From: Penicillus capitatus
Lineage: Eukaryota; Plantae; Chlorophyta
DNA length: 64,000 nucleotides
NCBI GenBank assembly: GCA_965649825.1
Contig: OZ287695.1
Coordinates: 62,001-126,000 of the forward strand
Direction: 5' to 3'
The notes under the pieces were generated by a model, which worked only from the letters and a program-made list of their open reading frames with translations, had not been told where the DNA came from and made no database searches. Position 1 is the first letter of the stretch, and every line of letters starts with the position of its first letter. A program made the translations under genes and the position numbers. Positions 10,914 to 23,658 of this stretch are shown here, piece after piece.

Positions 10914-11294
10914 TCAAGTCAATGCAGCCCCTTCCACTTGCTCCAGACCAAATTTTTGAGCTGCTTTGTCCACTGTCTTCTGAATCTCTCTCTTTGACAG
11001 AATCGATCCCACTTTGTTCTCGAGAGGAGAGATCTCTTTGGGTATCAGATCTTCGACCAGATTCGCAATGACTGTCATCAGCCACTCCGAAATTCGATCA
11101 ATGATCTTCATCGACACCCCATCAGCCGCTTTCTCTCGAACATCATTCGCCAAGGCGTCAACGAAGAGGTCAAAGAGAGATCGAATGCCCTGCCGTAGAG
11201 TATTGCGTATGTGTGTTGTCCATAGCGGTCGCAAGACAGAGCAGAGGTATCGCACACGATCCACAATCAGCTGTGCACTGTCCAGCAAAGCTTG
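10914..11294 (-). pseudogene. Duplicated 3' fragment (~125 codons) of EXO84, truncated at the duplication breakpoint
   Basis: Near-identical to 60324-60704 of the intact EXO84 gene. Homology stops at 11294 and there are no upstream exons. Confidence 0.85.
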
Positions 11295-11560
11295 ACTCGA
11301 CGGACACTCGCTCGAGCTCTATGACAGATCCGATCCGACGTGCAATGCCTGTCGGGAAGACATGTTAAGGCCACAGCCCGAGTCATGGCCTCGATATCTG
11401 TCCAAGAGACATTACACTCCATTCGACTGCGTGAGAGACAGAAAAAAAAACCAATGGCGTTGCAAAATGGACGCAATCATTCATCATTGAAGTTTGTCTT
11501 GACGGAACGGCGTCAAGAATTTGAGAGAGCGACCAAGGCGGCGCGAAATCGAGAGATCAA

Positions 11561-14066
11561 ATGTATCGTTTTCTTACGAGCCGTTCGATGTCCAATGGCA
11601 CCGTCTGCTATCGAAGAGCTTTCGAACACAGTCGATTGGGCCAATGTTTTTATTGCCGTCGCGTTCTGAGGCCACAATTGCATAGACAGCGTTCCAGACG
11701 CAGCCGTCTGAAACCGTTTTGCTTTCCTGCAAACCAAGTATCTTCGATCGATTATGATCCAAGTCTCTGTCACTTCAGAAATTTCCAGGAGACCAAGGTG
11801 TGTGTTCTAGACCATGAGGGTGTCCGCGTTGCTGTGGACGACATTCCGTCAGAGAGAGTGGTAGGTTTTCTGGGAGGTGGTCAGTTGGGACGTATGGCCG
11901 CTCTAGCAGCGGTAATCTATCGACACTGCGATGCATATCTGCAGCACCTGTGAATTCTCAGGCGAATTTGGGAGTGAGAGTCAAGTGTCTGGATCCCACA
12001 CCAAATGCTCCAGCATCTGTCGCTGCTGATCATGTTCTTGGAGATTTTAGAAATCGACAACACATTCTGCAGTTTGCCAAGTAGGTCATTTTAATCCATG
12101 CAGAAGTGGTCACTCTAAATGGTGTGGTAGAAAGTGTGATGTTCTGACGGTGGAGATCGAGCATGTGGATGTGGATGCTTTGCGTGATGTCTCTCGTGAA
12201 GTTGGTATTCCGGTGCAGCCATCACCAGACACCGTTGAAATTATCCAGGCATGTCCATTCGTCATCACTTCGTTCGAGATCCTCTTTGCCTTTCTCAGGA
12301 CAAGTATCGACAGAAAATGCATTTCCAGTCCAACGGCATACCAGTGGTTGACTTTTGTGATGTCCCGGATGTGGAGACGCTCGAACGCATCTGTGATGAG
12401 CGATTGCCTGTGATGCTCAAGGCAAAGAGGTGCGTATGGCAGTGCTCCTTGTAAAATGCGAGAAAGACAGCACAGTTGGTTTCAGAATGGCCTACGATGG
12501 ACGTGGTAATGCTGTCATCCGCGGAAAGGGAGACATCGAGATGGCTGTCGAGGCACTCGGTGGATTGGATTCCGATCTCTACGCTGAACAATGGGTACCC
12601 TTCAAGAAGGAATTGGCTGTTATCGTTGCTCGGTAGGCAGTGCTTCTCTATCGATCATCACGTGACACGTTGAGTACAACATGTAGATCGATTCATGGAG
12701 AGATCGTCTCTTATCCTGTGACGGAGACAGTGCACAAGAACAGCATTTGCTTTGTGACAGAGACCCCTGCCTCTGTGGAACCAGAACTGCTTAACCACGC
12801 TCGGAATCTGGCAGAACAAGCAGTCGGCTGTCTGGACGGCGGTGGCGTCTACGGGTTTCCCCTGTTCCTTTTGATACAGGACATCGAATTGAATGGATAT
12901 CCCTGTAGGGTGGAACTGTTTCTGTTGGAAGATGACAGAGTGCTGTTGAATGAAGTGGCACCTCGGCCACACAACTCAGGGCATTATACAATCGATGGAT
13001 GCTTCACCTCGCAATTTGAACAGCACATACGAGCGATTCTTGGTTGGCCTCTGGGTGACACGTCTCTGACAGTTCTGCCTTCTTCTCTTGTCCCTTATGG
13101 ATGTCACCGTTCCTCGACAGGCAGGACATGCCATCATGCTTAATTTGCTTGGCAAAGCAGAAGGTATGAATGGATGGAGAAGAGCGCAGTCTGTCATTCA
13201 AAAAGCACTGAATGTACCTGGAGCCACAGTGCACTGGTACGAAAAGTCAAACGTGCAGAAGAATCGCAAGGTGAGCAAGATCGAAGGACACCACTGTCCG
13301 TTTTCTGAAAGATGTTGCTGATGTAGATCGGGCACATCAATCTCGTGGGTGTAACGCGAGAACAAACACGGCAACATCTGAAAGCACTCGATGAAGAAGC
13401 CTTTAATGTGTTAGCGACAGAGAAAACCGCCGAGAGCACTTCAGACGATACTGATGTCGCACAAGTGTGCTACCATTGAGATCATTCTGTGATGCGGGAG
13501 TGCATTCGTGTTAGGCAGGCATCATTATGGGTTCAGATTCGGATCTGTCCACGATGAAGGCAGCAGCAGAAGTTTTGGAATCGTTCGATGTACCGATCGA
13601 AGTCACGATCGTCTCCGCACATCGAACACCCGAGAGATTGCTTGATTACGCAAAGAATGCTCACAAGAGGGGCATCAAAGTCATCATCGCCGGTGCAGGT
13701 TCAAATCACCTACCGTTCATTGTGGAGAGTGGTAATGCTCTGATTGTATCAGGGGGTGCTGCACATCTGCCAGGAATGGTTGCATCGTTGACACCTCTGC
13801 CGGTGATCGGTGTTCCTTGTGTACCAACTGGGAGCCATCTCGATGGATTGGATGCGCTGATGTCTATTGTTCAGATGCCAAAGGGCGTCCCTGTCGCTAC
13901 AGTGGGCATTGGCAACGCGTCGAATGCTGGATTATTAGCGGTACGGATATTGGGAATTGCAGACGATACTCTACTCGATGCCACTCTTGGCAGCCAATCA
14001 CAAATGAAACACACGGTATTGAGAAAGGTCAGAAAACTAAAGTCCAAGGGATGGAAACAGTATTGA
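11561..14066 (+). CDS. ADE2: Phosphoribosylaminoimidazole carboxylase (fused PurK-PurE), plastid-type transit peptide
   Basis: [70 protein letters not shown]; about 10 short introns. Confidence 0.95.
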
Positions 14067-14603
14067 ACCAACGGCCAGACCCCGTAAAAGACAGACGTAT
14101 TTCTAAAGACCCCTTAAGAGAATCAATGCTGACGATAATAGACAAACGGACGAACATACAACTGACGAAAATCAACATCATAGTGGATGAAAAGACGGCC
14201 TCGAGAGCCATTAACATCCCAACAGTAAAACACCTGGTATCCTGCACATTTGCAGTAGTTGGTGGTTCTATTGTCATCGTGTATGTATGAAGTTAAACGC
14301 GTAATATCAGCATTCGATTTACCCCTCGCTGCAGACATGCATCGAGCCCTTGTCCTCTAGTTAACTTTGATCAATGGCTCTCAGAAATGATTGAATTTTT
14401 ACTTCTCATACTACAGACGACATCCTTCCCTTTATGCTTGCTAAGACGAGGGAGGGATATCTGCCATGCTCGCGTCCATCTATGACTATCAGGAACACCC
14501 CCAACGCCATCAACCATTTCCTCTGAGAGAACACACAGCTAACTGCCTTCGGGTAGACACAATAATGCGTCTACCCTTCCTGCTGTCATGTAGGCAGTCT
14601 TCA

Positions 14604-17088
14604 CTACACACCCACTGAGAATCGGTCCTTCCACTGTCCTCTTCCAGCGGTGTTCTTGTCAGCTGGTGTCTGAGATTGGCATGGCGATGCATCGAACAGG
14701 GCAGAATGTCCAATCGGTTCATTATTTTTAGTAAAAGACTCGCGAGACGCCATGCCAAAGCTACCAGCAGCATCCCGCATTGCCATATCAGCTTGAGTTG
14801 TTGGGCAGCGGAGCATGGTTGCATACATGGAATCTTGACCTGAGATACGAGACTCGTGCCTAGGTGGACGCGGTGACGATCTTTGAGCGACCGAACACAT
14901 ATAGGTTCCAGCAGCGCCAGGTATCATCACTTTCTCCCCAGTCGTCTGTTGTTTTGAAAGGATGGACGGAGACAAGAGCTCTCGTCCTCGATATAAAGTG
15001 CCATCTGGTTGAGCAGTTGGTGGCATATGTGCCAGTCTCTGTTGATGGTGCAGCGGAGCCTTGTGGCTCTGATAAAGGGCAGATGACGTCGGAGCTGCCG
15101 TACTTCTGCGACGCATCTCAGATGTCCGACTTTCGGGCGGAATCTCCATCTTCAGCATGGGAGCTTCCAGTTTCGCCAGCGGAATGTCATAGGGATTCAT
15201 CTTGGGCACAACGAGATCCGTTTCTTTTGAAAAGCAGGATGCGTTCAGACAACGAGAAGTCACTTCATCGGTATCATCATCTGCCAGCATCCTGAGTTCG
15301 TCACTCAATTCTGCTAGGGTCATCAACTCTCCCACATCAGTTAGTTTGTTCAGATCAAGTCTTTTGTCTTCGGGAGGTTTCAGTTTCATCGCCAGCTGCA
15401 GCACATTGATCCTCTCAACGGCAGGAGTCCGCACTGGTACCTAGAATAGCCACCCACACCACATATCATCCGTCTTGGACAGATCTTCCTGGCTGCTGCT
15501 GCTTACATTATGCTCACCCGCTACCGTTTGTGCTGTAGAAACTGGACATCCTGCCGGATGCGATGGACTGGACACTGATAAAGGCACAGCGCCTCTCTTT
15601 GTATCCATCGACGGTCCATGCACTTGTGGTCGAGGCGACACGCCTGTCAGTGTCGTCGGCGTGCCTGGTATTAAATCTTTTGTCAATCTTCCGCCTGCAT
15701 TGGTCGTTGCAGAAGCGCTCTGGCTTTGTCTTTTCTGCGGTGAGTGATTGCTCCGAACAGCAACGCGCGTCTTCTTATTTGAGTTGCCTTCGTTAGAAAC
15801 TTCATTCTTCCGCTTCAGATTGACCGGAACGTTCACATCTTGGACGTCGAGCATGGGTGTATCCTCATCCTTTTTCCCTTCCTTTGACGTCGAGGGCTCC
15901 GTCATGCCTCGCTCTCTCATCAGCTGATTGCGTTGTTGTTGTTGTTGTTGTGTATTGGGGTCTTTGTTTACAGCTGTGTTGCGGACACTCTTATTAGTCT
16001 TGCTCTCACGCGAACGTTTCGCTGGCTTTCTCGGCGTCGAATCCGAGAGTTCAGCGCCGGTCGTCGAATCTGCCGAACAGGCTCCTTGACCTGTAGAATA
16101 ACTCCATTCACTTCCGTTATCCTTGCTCGTTAGTGAAGCCGAAGACCCTGAGATGACAGAGGTCGATCATTGGTAGGTATTTTGAAGGTCAAGAACCTTT
16201 TTGTTGACTGCTGGTTTCATCAATGTCATCTAAATTGTGTTCGTTGACCCTTACCGCTTCGATTTTGTTACCGTCGGCCGCGTATTCCACTTTGTACTTT
16301 CGAAACTCCAGCGCATCGTCCCTGTCGCCATCATCGTAAACCACCGTATAGGTATGCGACGATGGGTCGTAGTTTTCGATGACGCCTTCAAAAAAACGAC
16401 GTTCTCCTTTCCACCTACATTCAGCACGCACACGTGTCCATATTCATGTATGTCGACAAGACAACAACAAGGCGACGCGACAGGGAGGAAACTGATGGCT
16501 AAATGCATACGCTGAAAAACACACACCAACAAGAAGATATCCGCGCATCGCCATTCCCGCGGCCATGCTAAACAGCACGTATCGCATTCGCGTCGGCACT
16601 TACCAGACAGCCACGCGATGTCCCTCTAAGTCTTTTCCCTTTGGAAGTCGTGCCTCTTCGGCATCTCTCTTCTGTACACACTCCGAAGGGGCCAAGGGAC
16701 AAATCCACCAAGTCTTGCGTGTCGGCGATTGACAGAACGCGTCCTTCTCACGCGCCAGCGCGCCTGAAATCTGACAAAGCACACCATCTCAGCTCATGCA
16801 CTTAACCGGCCCCCTTGTTAGCGAAAAGACAAAGAGCGATCGCCTCTCGTCGACGGAGTCAACGCGCGTATTTACCTTGCTACTTGCATTCTTCATCTTT
16901 GACAAATCTCTGAGGCCGCGTTCTTGGACTTCCTTCGCGATACGCGAAATGTCGAGTCCTTGAGGATAGTCTTTGAGCACTTCCCAGGCGCAGTATTTTA
17001 AGGGGTCTTCGTGTCCTCTCTTCTGCTGAGATTTGAACGGGTTGCAGTACTTTGCAGAAACTGCGACGTTGTCTGTTTCTTTCGACAT
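14604..17088 (-). CDS. Chromatin-type protein: N-terminal HARE-HTH, Tudor/Agenet domain, long low-complexity C-terminal half
   Basis: LKYCAWEVLKDYPQGLDISRIAKEVQERGLRDL (HARE-HTH-like) and spliced GHRVAVW|WKGERRFFEGVIENYDPSSHTYTVVYDDGD (Tudor). Downstream ORFs 15441-15920 and 14604-15434 are on the same strand; their linkage is inferred. Confidence 0.7.
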
Positions 17089-18086
17089 GGAAGAAGAATC
17101 TGCCAACGCAAACGACAATCTGCACCAAGAGGAATCGATGGTAGCTAGCGCGTACGGACACACGAACGCACAAACGCTGGACCAAGTAGCACGCACGGAC
17201 AAACGAACGTACACACGCTGGCGGACAATTACGTAATACTGATGTCATGATAGCCGCCTTCATCGCGAAGAGCGACGTTTGTTCGTTCGGGAGACGCGTG
17301 CATCAAACAGCGTTAAATCATCGGAGTGTACATCATCAGCTGACGTGGACTCCACCTCTTCGCCTGTCATCCAACTTTCTTATCGATCTACATTTGATCG
17401 TAAACATGTCGCGTCCGCATTGTCATCGTAAATGTCCGTTATAGGCGCTACAGTCATGCTGCTTCATCACTCTCGCATCTGTCTCGAAGGTGACGCGTTT
17501 CTCTGAAACAATGTCAAGAATCATTAGTCCGTCAGAAAAGGCTTCCATAGTTAAGGAAAGGTCGTTTCCAGTCTTGTTTTGTTCCTTCTCACAAAGTGCA
17601 CAAACACAAATTATTGTTAACGTTATAGATGAGAATAAAGTCCCCTTTCCTTCCCTAAGACTGCCTTCAATGATATCCCTTTGACAAACTACAAAACTTC
17701 CACCAGGAATATATATAAGAAAGCTAATTCGTGCTTCAGAAGGCAATGTTTTGGGACTAGTCTACGATCTGAGCCTGAGACAACAACATCATCATCCACA
17801 AGACTCTCCGATCATCAACAACAAAGACAAGAATTCATGCAGGCTTTGCTAGAGTCGTTATTGCAGCTCTACGAATAAAGACAAAACTAATCAGCAGCAT
17901 ACTCTAAAACAAAACAATCCATATCTCTCAGATTAGATCCGACCGACAGACCGATTATTGGATGCATGCACTTGCCACACAATTTAGAAAAATTGAGACG
18001 TTAAGGCGGAAACAATGATTCTAGCCTCGTTGTGAAACGGTTAATCGATCGATCGATCGGCTGTTCAAACGACAAAGTCCGATATA

Positions 18087-18106
18087 AACGAACGAACGAA
18101 CGAACG
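18087..18106. repeat. (AACG)5 microsatellite, next to an (ATCG)n run
   Basis: Seen directly. Confidence 0.9.
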
Positions 18107-18666
18107 ACCGTCTGATCCGTTGTTGAACAATCACACACATCTATCGAAATTGCCTGGGTAAGTTTGCTGGATTCCAACAAGAGAAGAATATGATCATCAT
18201 TCTGGCTCGAAAAATCTGTTTCTTCATGCGCGTTATTTTGTAAGCCAAGCAAATAGCAAATAGCAAACGAAAGTTCTCAGTCGTGGTGGGTTATCAGGAA
18301 AGACCAGGACATGAAGACTTGAGTCGCAGCATCGTGGTAATGGTTTCTGGCGGTGTGGTGGTAACGAATGTTCAAAAGCCTTGTAGAGCCCCAGAACCAA
18401 GGATTCTCACTCACCCAGTGACGAGAAGAACCCAAAGTGTACAAATGTGATTCATTTATAACAAAACGAAAATGAAGGGAGGGTTGGTGTTCAGGAGGAA
18501 GTGCACACTGAGATATATATATAAAATCAAATTACGGATCGACAGAGTTTTATTGTATATGTGTTAAGCACGTAACAAACACCCGTCGTTGTCATACTCG
18601 TCATTCACAGATGCATGGACAAACACGCATGTCTAATGCCTTCGTCACACCTTTTTCGCTCTTTTC

Positions 18667-21600
18667 TTAAGGAGCCAAGACTGTTGTGGGTGTCTTGTAC
18701 ATGCTCGTCTCCAGCTGGCGTGCAGCAAAGAGAGCGGCTTGGAATTCCGGGTCAGACACATCAATGCCAGTCAAATGTTGCAAGCTGGACGGCCACAACT
18801 TGACTTTTCCTTTACTCTCACGATCTTGGTAGAGAAGGGCTGCGGCAACCACCGAGGGTCGAATGTTGACAAACTCAGGCAATAGCAACGCTTCACGCAG
18901 AGAGGCAGCAATCGACGTGCCATCACCCATTTCCATACTCTACACAGAAACAGCACACAAGATGTCAGTCAGATCTATGACATGACAGAATCGATCATCA
19001 TCGTCATCATCATCATAGCAACTGCGATCATCTATGCAGCTAAGACTGGATTGCGTCTTATTGCCATCCATCAGCACAGTGAATGACATCATATGTGAAT
19101 GTCAGCTTGGGATTGTTCTTATGTCATGCATCATGTGGACGCATCGAGATCAAAGGGGATAAAGAGAACGCGTCGCATAATACTGTAACGGCAAAAATGT
19201 CTTCGCGCTTGTCGTGTGTGCATCGTTGTTGTTTTTGTTACCTTATAGCCGAGGCGTTCGAAATAGAGCTTGAGAACTCGGACAGCTGAAATGGCAGACG
19301 TGTCACTGTAGAGTGCAGAGATGATTTGTTCTTCCATTTTGCCAACACTTCCAACAGGGAATCCAACATAGCTGTCGATGTTCTCCATGCCCATAATCTT
19401 CGCCGGGGTGTCGCTTCGGAATGCAGAAATGAAAACCAGAGCTGCAACAAAGACAGTCCAGACACCCTCTTTAATCTGAACGCCTGTGGACATGAGTCTA
19501 TCCATAATCAGGATCGCATCGTGGACAGTCTCCTCTTTGAGCTCATATTGAATGCCAATATCATAAGCCATGGACACCAACTCGCGGCGCTGGCTCAGAT
19601 ACTCTTGCCCCATGAGCTCATAGTTGAGTTTGTGTGTCTCTTCAAACTGTCTCACTGCCATGAAGGCTTGTTTGCACCTTTCCTCTGTATTGAGGTCTTC
19701 GTTGAGAATCTCTCTGGACATTTCAACGTGAAGACCGTCTTCCACATACTTCTTCAAGGCATCTTTCGTTGCATCACTGCATAACCATTCCGCAAAATCG
19801 TCAGAATTCATCACACATTTCATGCCGGTCGGAGTTTCTTCTGCTACAGGATTCGGCGCTTTCAGACCCTTCAGCATGGTCAGAACGCTGTCCTTGACCT
19901 CTGCCAAGTTCTGTTCTCGGCTGTTCTTTGTTCTCCCAACCACAACCACTACCTGGTTACCCAACAGTTGCACTCCCTCCTGCTCCAGAGAGTGCCGGGT
20001 ATCACTCAACCACTTTAACAGACTGAGAACGGCGACACCCACACTTAAGGATGGAACACTGGCTTCCAGAATGCCGTCCTCCAGATTCTGCAGTACTCCT
20101 AATCTGACATGGTAATTCCTCAAAGCAGAATTGAACAGTTGAAGAGCCTTTCCTTGTGCCCAGACAACTCCTGACTGCCACAGCAGGTCAATGATGGTGT
20201 GGTGCACCAGTGTATCCAATCGGCATCCTTGTTGAACCATTTGTTCAAAGATTCTGACTGCCCTGTGCCATTGTCCTCCTTTCTCGAAAGCGTGCAATAG
20301 CGCTGTGTATGTCATTGAGTCCGGCTTGCAGTTTTGGATCTTCATTCTCTCAAAAATCTGAGCTGCTTTTTCCCATTCTCCGGCTTGAGCACAAACGTTG
20401 ATCAGCGAATTGAAAGATACGGTGTTTGGATGACATCCTTCTTTATGCATTTGGTTGAACAACTGGAGAGCCAACTTCCAGTCGCCACCTCTTTCACATG
20501 TTGCCAATAGAGCATTGTATGTGATAATGTTACGTTCACAGCCCGTGCGGATCATGGTCTCAAATGTCTGCAGTGCTTTTTGCAGCTGACCAGATTTGCC
20601 ATAAGCTGAAATCAAAGCTGTGTACGTTGTGGCGATCGGAGCATGACCGGCAGCGATCAATCGATCATAGACCTTCAAAGCTTCTTCGGGTTGGCCACAC
20701 ATGTTGCATGCGATAATGGCCGTATTGTACGTTCGAATCTCGGGTTCTAATCCCTAAACGACGCACACCCATCCATCGTCAGTCACACACTCTGGTCACA
20801 CTCAGTCAGCAATGTCTTACTTCGCGTTGCATCAAAGACAGCACGTTTACAGCTTCTTCCCATTGTCCGGTTTTGCCATAGACATCGATGAGCGTGTTGA
20901 ATGTCACAACATTTGGTTGACATCCTTCTGGCTTCATTTGCTTGTAGACATCAATGGCCAACTCGAGTTCGCCGCATTTGATGCAGACGTTCATCAAAGC
21001 GCTGTACGTGTGGACATTGCATTGTATGCCACGTGCGCGCATTTCAGCCACCAGTTGAATACCTCGTCGCAGCTGGCGTTGCTGTCCACAAAGAGACACC
21101 ATTGTGGTGTACGTGTAGACATCGCAAAGAGACGCAAGGTCGTCGCCGGGCTCAAAGTTGCGCAGCCAGTCGAACAGTTCGACAGCGCGATTCGCACAGC
21201 CAACCTTCGCAAGCTCTTTCAAAAGAGCGGCTAGCGCACGCGAGTCCAGATAACTGAGCGCCTGGGAGACAGCGAGAACGACAGATGTATCAGCGGGAAG
21301 GCTCTGAATGACGCGAACGAGGTCTTCGACCGACATTTCAGAGAAGGATAGCTTATTAGGTGTCTTGATTGGTTGACCGCACCCCACTTTCGTTACTTGC
21401 TCCCACAACCGGCGATACCCCTTTCCCTTTCGGCCGTCTTGTTTCTTGTAGCGTCGCTGCATCGGATTACCACCACCATTACCACCACCTCCACTCGCAC
21501 TGTCACGAACAGCGGCTTGCTGAGGAGAGACGAAGACACTGCGCGAGGTCATCGATTTCTCTCCCTGTACGAACTGCTGTCCTGCCCATCCGAATTCGCT

Positions 21601-21759
21601 GCCACCAGTTGGATACGCGGATGTGTCCGCGGTAGCGACATAAGGGCGTTGACTGTGCTCTTCCCGCAACGACGCATGTGCAAGCGACTGCGTCACCTCA
21701 TCGACGCACGAAGCAGCGGACAAGTTTCCACTAGGACCTGTGACTGAATAGAGCTCCAT
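18667..21759 (-). CDS. PPR - Smr-like - cyclin-fold fusion protein
   Basis: 35-aa PPR repeats (VYTYTTMVSLCG, VHTYSALMNVCIKCG, VVTFNTLIDVYGKTG, IITYNALLATC...). Smr-like LSVGVAVLSLLKWL...VVVVGR. Cyclin box RRELV...ETVHDAILIMDRL and C-terminal RPSVVAAALLY...WPSSL. Confidence 0.9.
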
Positions 21760-22626
21760 CTCTTTCGACGATAAAGTTCTTAAAACGCCTTCGTCGATAA
21801 ACCACTGCTAACACGCGAAAGTGCAACACAAGAGTCTATCAGTCTGTCTCACACCAAAAGGTTCAGTTCGGCTCACGACCAGTCGACCGGACCACGGATT
21901 TTTGAGTCCCCGAAGATGATGTTGATGTCTTTGATCAAAGTAACCGTCAGAGACGAGCGGCCGAGGATCTTCGCGCTCGCGGCATCCGTCGCCATTTATA
22001 CCACCCGTCACCAGTTACCATCGAAATTCAAAGGATGTTCAGCTGGCTCAGACCAAAATCATTTCTGGCCGAGGTTTTCGAGGATGTTTTGAAGAAATCC
22101 TAGTGGTTTTGTTGGGTTTGTCATGTGAACTGCGAACAGCCTGTCACTTCAACGGTCACCAAACAACCACAAACGTCATCATGACAAATCGTGCGTCAAC
22201 ATCACGCTGAGTCAAAGACTGCAGCGGGCGTCTGAAATCAAACCTGCTGAAGTGCTTCTTTCATCAAGGCAGCAAGCTATACATCCCATTGAAGTGCTGC
22301 GACCTACATTGCTGTCCTAAACAACTCTCTCTGTCTCCATGTGGCCTTCTTCAGCAACATAGTTGCGACTCAAAAGCTTCGCTCGTACATCCATGTCCCC
22401 TCTGTCCCCGCCCTCATCAACAACCTCCACTTCGACACCGTCGAATCCACACTGAGAGCATTCCATGTACAGACCTCACAGATTCGTCTGTGAGAAAATA
22501 GAAAATCCTTAGTCCAAATGTCTCTTCGCGCCTTTACATTTGGAACGAATGTCTGACTGAGCCTTTTTACATCTAAGATCGCTTCGTGCTAGATATCCAT
22601 CTTATAGAGTTTTACACCAAAATCGC

Positions 22627-23598
22627 GTGCGCTGCTTCCTTTCAGGCATCTGGCGGTGTAACGCCATCCGTTGCATCACGATTGCATTGCTTTACAGATA
22701 TTCTTTTGGCAACATTTCAGCTTCGTTCTTGTTTCCGTCTCTATTTCATCTGGAAACGTCGAGAGACATTTGGCCTCTACCAAACGCGTTTTTCATACGC
22801 TTTGTTATCGTAGCTACGTCTCGACGTTGCTCTGTTCACGTCTTCTTTTGTTCCCTTCCCACTCATACTTCCTGTCCTCTCACAAGCAGAGGTTACGCCT
22901 ATGAAAGCGACGAGACGCAAAGAGCAGCGAACGACAATGCGCTCTGTCTATCACCAACTCGTTGGAAAAGAATTCTTCATACCGGCAAACTTCTTCGGCA
23001 TCAACGTACCAGGAATGTACTATAGGTCCCACAACTAACTCCCTGCATACTCCTTCATGCCTTTCGATGCAGCTTCGCTTTGGCTTCAGGTTTCGTGTTG
23101 TCAAGAAAGATAACGCACATCGCAATGCGATGACAGTGGTTTCTTTGGAGGAGAAGGGTCCCAAGAACTGGATTCCCGTTTCGCTCATTAAGCAATGGGT
23201 AGATGAGGATAGCCATGTAGGATGCAAGAGGAGATGCACAAGTGAGTCACTTGCACTCCATCTCGTTGCTCTTCTCCAAAGAATTGCCTCCAGATGAGGC
23301 AAGTGATGACTATGCTGTCGAGAGTCTACTGAAACTGAAGCACTGCTTCGATCAGAAAGAGATCTCGGATGTCGAATCTGCGACAACAGCACTACTCAAC
23401 CTGCACGAGAAAAAGAGAGCAAGAAGGGAGAAGTCCTCCCACGCGTTGTCTAGGACAGTGACTTATGACCTATCACAGTCTGAGGGATTTCTGAGATTGA
23501 AGTCGGCGGGAAGGTATCAGGTGCGTCTGGAGGGGGATGATTCTGATGAAGACAGTTCCAAGAGACAGGCCATCGTTATGGTCCACCACAAGACATGA
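22627..23598 (+). CDS. Hypothetical spliced protein
   Basis: Coding-like exons (LSPTRWKRILHTG|LRFGFRFRVVKK...KNWIPVSLIKQW|ELPPDEASDDYAVESLLKLK) with GT-AG boundaries; start uncertain. Confidence 0.3.
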
Positions 23599-23658
23599 GA
23601 ACACTGAGATTTCATTAAGATTCGCTCCAATGATGATTTCGCATGAGGGGCTGGGAAA

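Larger units (their letters stand above)
7617..11294. repeat. Left arm of a large inverted segmental duplication (pairs with 60324-64000); true outer end is unknown because the partner runs off the window
   Basis: Reverse complement of 64000-60324 aligns to 7617-11294 with scattered substitutions and few small indels. Identity ends at ...AAAGCTTG (11294/60324). Confidence 0.97.

Noticed and set aside
14029-14500. Hydrophobic ORF 14029-14277 (-)
   Set aside because: Overlaps the ADE2 3' end and UTR; no splice or motif support.
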